Assembly (NCBI GenBank): GCA_014905635.1 | Contig: JABVCE010000020.1 | Location: forward strand, 62,001 to 126,000 | DNA: 64,000 nucleotides | From: Scenedesmus sp. PABB004 | Taxonomy: Eukaryota | Reading direction: 5' to 3' | In this document: in pieces, positions 61,301 through 64,000 of the stretch | Numbering within the stretch: the stretch's first letter is position 1 | How the letters are laid out: each line of letters starts with the position of its first letter | Notes under the pieces: model-generated | The model's input: the letters and a program-made list of their open reading frames with translations, nothing else | The model's database searches: none | What the model was told of the DNA's origin: nothing | Program-made: the position numbers and the translations under genes

Positions 61301-62433
61301 GAGCTCGCGCGACCGCGCCCCGCCGCCCCGCCGCGCCCGCCGCCTCCCACCTCCAGGACCACACGAGCAAGCCGTACAGCCGGCTCGAGGCGCTCGCGGG
61401 CGCGGTGTGCTGCGCGGTGACCGACGCCAACGCGCAGCTCGTCGTCGTCTGCAGCGCCACGGGCGAGGCGGCACGCCTCGTCAGCAAGTATCGGCCCTAC
61501 GTGCCCCAGGCGCGCGCCCCAGGGGCTGCCAGCGGGGGCTCGCGGCGCTGCTGCAGGGTTTCTGTCAGTCAGGGCTCGCTCCCAGCGCGGGCCGGCCGGG
61601 CGCCGCGCGCGGCTCGGCCCCGCGCGACGCGCCCCCGCGCGCCGCCGCGCCGCCGCGCCGCCGCGCCGCCGCGCAGGTGGTGGTGACGGACAGCGACGTC
61701 GTGCTGCGCGAGGCGGGCGTGCACTTTGGGCAGCACGGCTTTGCGGTCCCGGTGCTCGACGACGCGCCGAGCCTCGCGCTGCAGGCGATGGACTGGGCGC
61801 ACGAGCAGGTACGTGCGCGCAGGAGAGGGGGGGTCGGAAACGCTTGCGGGCGAGCGCGGCGGGGCTTGCGGGCGCGCGTGGGGCGCTCGCCCGAGCCTGC
61901 GCGCCCGAGCGCCGCCGCCGCCGCCGGCGCCGGGCGGTGCGCAGGGGCTGTGGGGCGGCGTCGGCGCGGTGCTGCTGGTGGCGGGGCACTACGAGGCCAA
62001 CGCAGACATGATGCCCAACCTGCGCGTCCTCCAGGCGCGGCGGGGGCGCAGCGCGGGCGCTCAGGCTCAGGCTCCGGTGCGAGGCCGCCGTCCCGGGCCG
62101 TCAGACGCGTGACGCCGCGGCGCCCGCGCCGCCCGCCGCTGCTGCGTGCAGGTCACCGACGCGGCCCGCGCGGGCACCGCCGCCGCGGCCGAGGCGCCCG
62201 CCGCGGCGGCCTCGCCCGTGGCCGCGCCTGCGGCCGCGGCCGAGCCCGGCGCGCCCGCGCCCGCGCCCGTGGCGGCGGCGGCGGCGGAGCTGGAGGTGGA
62301 CGGCCTGGACGAGGTTGAGGTGTCGCCCGAGCTGCTGCGCACGCTCTCGCGGCGCATGAGCCTGAGGCGCAGCAGCATGCCCACGCCCGGCGGCCCGGGG
62401 CCGCTGCGGCGCCAGTTCAGCAAGGCGTCGTGA
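47848..62433 (+). CDS. PYK: Giant multi-module pyruvate kinase: four tandem PK modules (1, 3 and 4 intact, 2 degenerate), roughly 2,300-2,450 aa by manual count, ~50 introns
   Basis: [11 protein letters not shown] / ARFNFSHG / DTKGPEIRT / NLPGV / [AS]KIE / [10 protein letters not shown] / ATQM.ESM / [14 protein letters not shown] / [10 protein letters not shown] / KYRP recur in modules at ~48794-51903, ~55843-58758 and ~59364-62034. A diverged copy lies at ~52330-55467. Linker exons are open with no stop; the only terminal stop is TGA at 62431. One base must be restored in the C run at ~55050. Confidence 0.85.
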
Positions 62434-62816
62434 GCCTCGCGGGGGAGACGGCGCGGCGGGCGGGCTGCGTTGCCGCTGCCGCTGCACGCACTGCGCAGGA
62501 GTTGACCTATTTGCTTGCGCCCCATGCGCGCGTTCCGATCGAGTTGGGTGCTGGCCGAGTCGTGGGATGTGGGGCCTGGCCAAAAGAACAGAAAAGAAGG
62601 GCAACGCACTGTCCACGGCGGGCCGCGCGGCGCTGCGACCGCAGAAGCGCAACAGCGGCGGCGCCGCTCCATCAAGCGTCCCATCGCAGCGGCGCTAGTC
62701 CCGCCACTCGATCGCGCCCCGATCCGGCCCCCGCGACGCCCCGCGCGCGCCGGCGCGCAGCGCGCACACCCGCCGCTGCTCCCACACCCGTCGCCGCTGC
62801 GCGGCTCCCTGCGGCC

Positions 62817-64000
62817 ATGCGGGCCGCCGCGGCGCTCTGGATTCTCGTGGCGCTGCTGGTCGCTCTGGGCGCCGCGGCGCAGAGCAGCCCGGCGCCGGCA
62901 GCAGCGCGCGCCGCGGGCGCCGCGGCGCCGGCAGCAGCGCGCGCCGCTCGCGCCGCGGCGCCGGCGGCAGCGGGCGCCCCGGCGCCGGCAGCAGCGGGTT
63001 CGGCGGCGCCGGCAGCTCCGCCAGCAGCGAGCTCCGCCAGCAGCAAGCCGGCGCCGTCGGCCAAGCGCTCCTTCGCCCTCCCTCTCCGAACGGCGGGTCG
63101 CTGGATCGTCGACGCTAAAGGAGAGCGGGTGCGCCTCAAGTGCTCCTCTTGGAGCGGCGCGCAGGTAGGTTGGGATGGTCGTGCGCTGGCGGCGGCCGGC
63201 TGCGCGCGCGGCGGCTCGCTGCGGCCAGCCACCCGGCGCCGCCGCCGAATGGCGCCGCCGCCGCCTGTCCAGGAGCGCTGGTACGTCCCGAGCGGCCTCT
63301 GGGCGGTGCAGCGCGACGTCGTGCCCGCGCTCCTCCGGTCTGCGGGCTTCAACTGCGTGCGGCTGGTCTGGTCCCTCGAGATGGCGCTCGGCCGCGCCAA
63401 CGGCTCCGCCGCGGTCGTGCCGCCCGCCGCGGTCGCGGCCAACCCCGACCTGGTCGGCAAGCCGCCGCTGGCGGTGCTGGACGCGGTCATCGCCGCCATA
63501 GCGCGTGCGGGGCTGCTGGTGGTGCTCGACAACCACTCGTCCGACGCGATGTGGTGCGGCGGCGGCGGCGGCGGCGCTGTGCGGGGCGCGGGGCGCGGCC
63601 GAGCGGCCGGGCGGCGGGCGGCGGCTGGGCCCCTGACCGGCGCGGGGCGCGCCGCCCAACACGCAGGTGCTGCGGGCTGACCGACGGGAACGGCCTGTGG
63701 TACACGGACGCGTGGAGCGAGGCGCGCTGGCTGGAGGGCTGGGGCCTCATGGCGCGGCGCTACGCGCGCGTACAGGCTGTGATCGGCGTCGGCCTGCGCA
63801 ACGAGCCGCGGCCGACGTTCCGGCGCGGCGCGCTCGTGATGCCGACCTGGGGCGGCGCCGACCCCGCGACCGACTACGCGCTCGCGTTTGAAAAGGCCGC
63901 CGCCGCGGTGTTGGCCGTGCGCCCCGGCACGCTCGTGTTTGCCCAGGGCATGCTCGGCGGCCGCGACCTGCGCGGCGCGCGCCGCCGGCCGCTCGTGCTG
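62817..64000 (+). CDS. Secreted glycoside hydrolase family 5 (cellulase-like) protein, 3' end outside the window
   Basis: Signal peptide MRAAAALWILVALLVALGAAA; A/P-rich repeats; LPLRTAGRWIVDAKGERVRLKC..W, GFNCVRL, VVLDNH...WCC..DGNGLW and LRNEPR (catalytic acid/base NEP at ~63800-63808). Confidence 0.88.

Noticed and set aside
47848..62433. Four separate tandem PK genes
   Set aside because: There are no stop codons, UTR-like gaps or TGTAA signals between modules, and the linker exons splice in frame. The interpretation remains conditional on the ~55050 indel.

Overview
Very GC-rich, intron-dense eukaryotic nuclear DNA. The TGTAA poly(A)-type signals, TTTAGGG-type repeats and gene content suggest a chlorophyte green alga, probably Sphaeropleales/Selenastraceae (inference). 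Most long ORFs in the six-frame track are GC-composition artefacts. Manual splicing gives about 16 protein genes: a Cys-rich protein (partial), a GRAB-domain golgin, a small D/D-domain protein, a Na+/solute symporter, SelO (Cys form), a B12D/NDUFA4-like protein, a P3A H+-ATPase, a GatC::EMAPII-like tRNA-binding fusion, a histidine phosphatase, a secreted LRR protein, a twin-CX9C mS37-like protein, SRR1, a MEKHLA::WHEP fusion, an atypical SDR, a giant four-module pyruvate kinase and a GH5 glycanase (partial). The main highlight is a ~14.6 kb gene encoding four tandem pyruvate kinase modules in one polypeptide. Module 2 is catalytically degenerate, module 1 has an EF-hand-like loop, and modules 1, 3 and 4 share patchwork nucleotide identity. 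Other highlights are two fusions that place aminoacyl-tRNA-synthetase accessory domains on non-synthetase proteins, an unusually high GC-AG intron frequency (~20-25%), and oriented telomere-like repeats inside introns. Several single-base frameshifts in G/C runs look like assembly errors. All gene models are by-eye and no searches were run.
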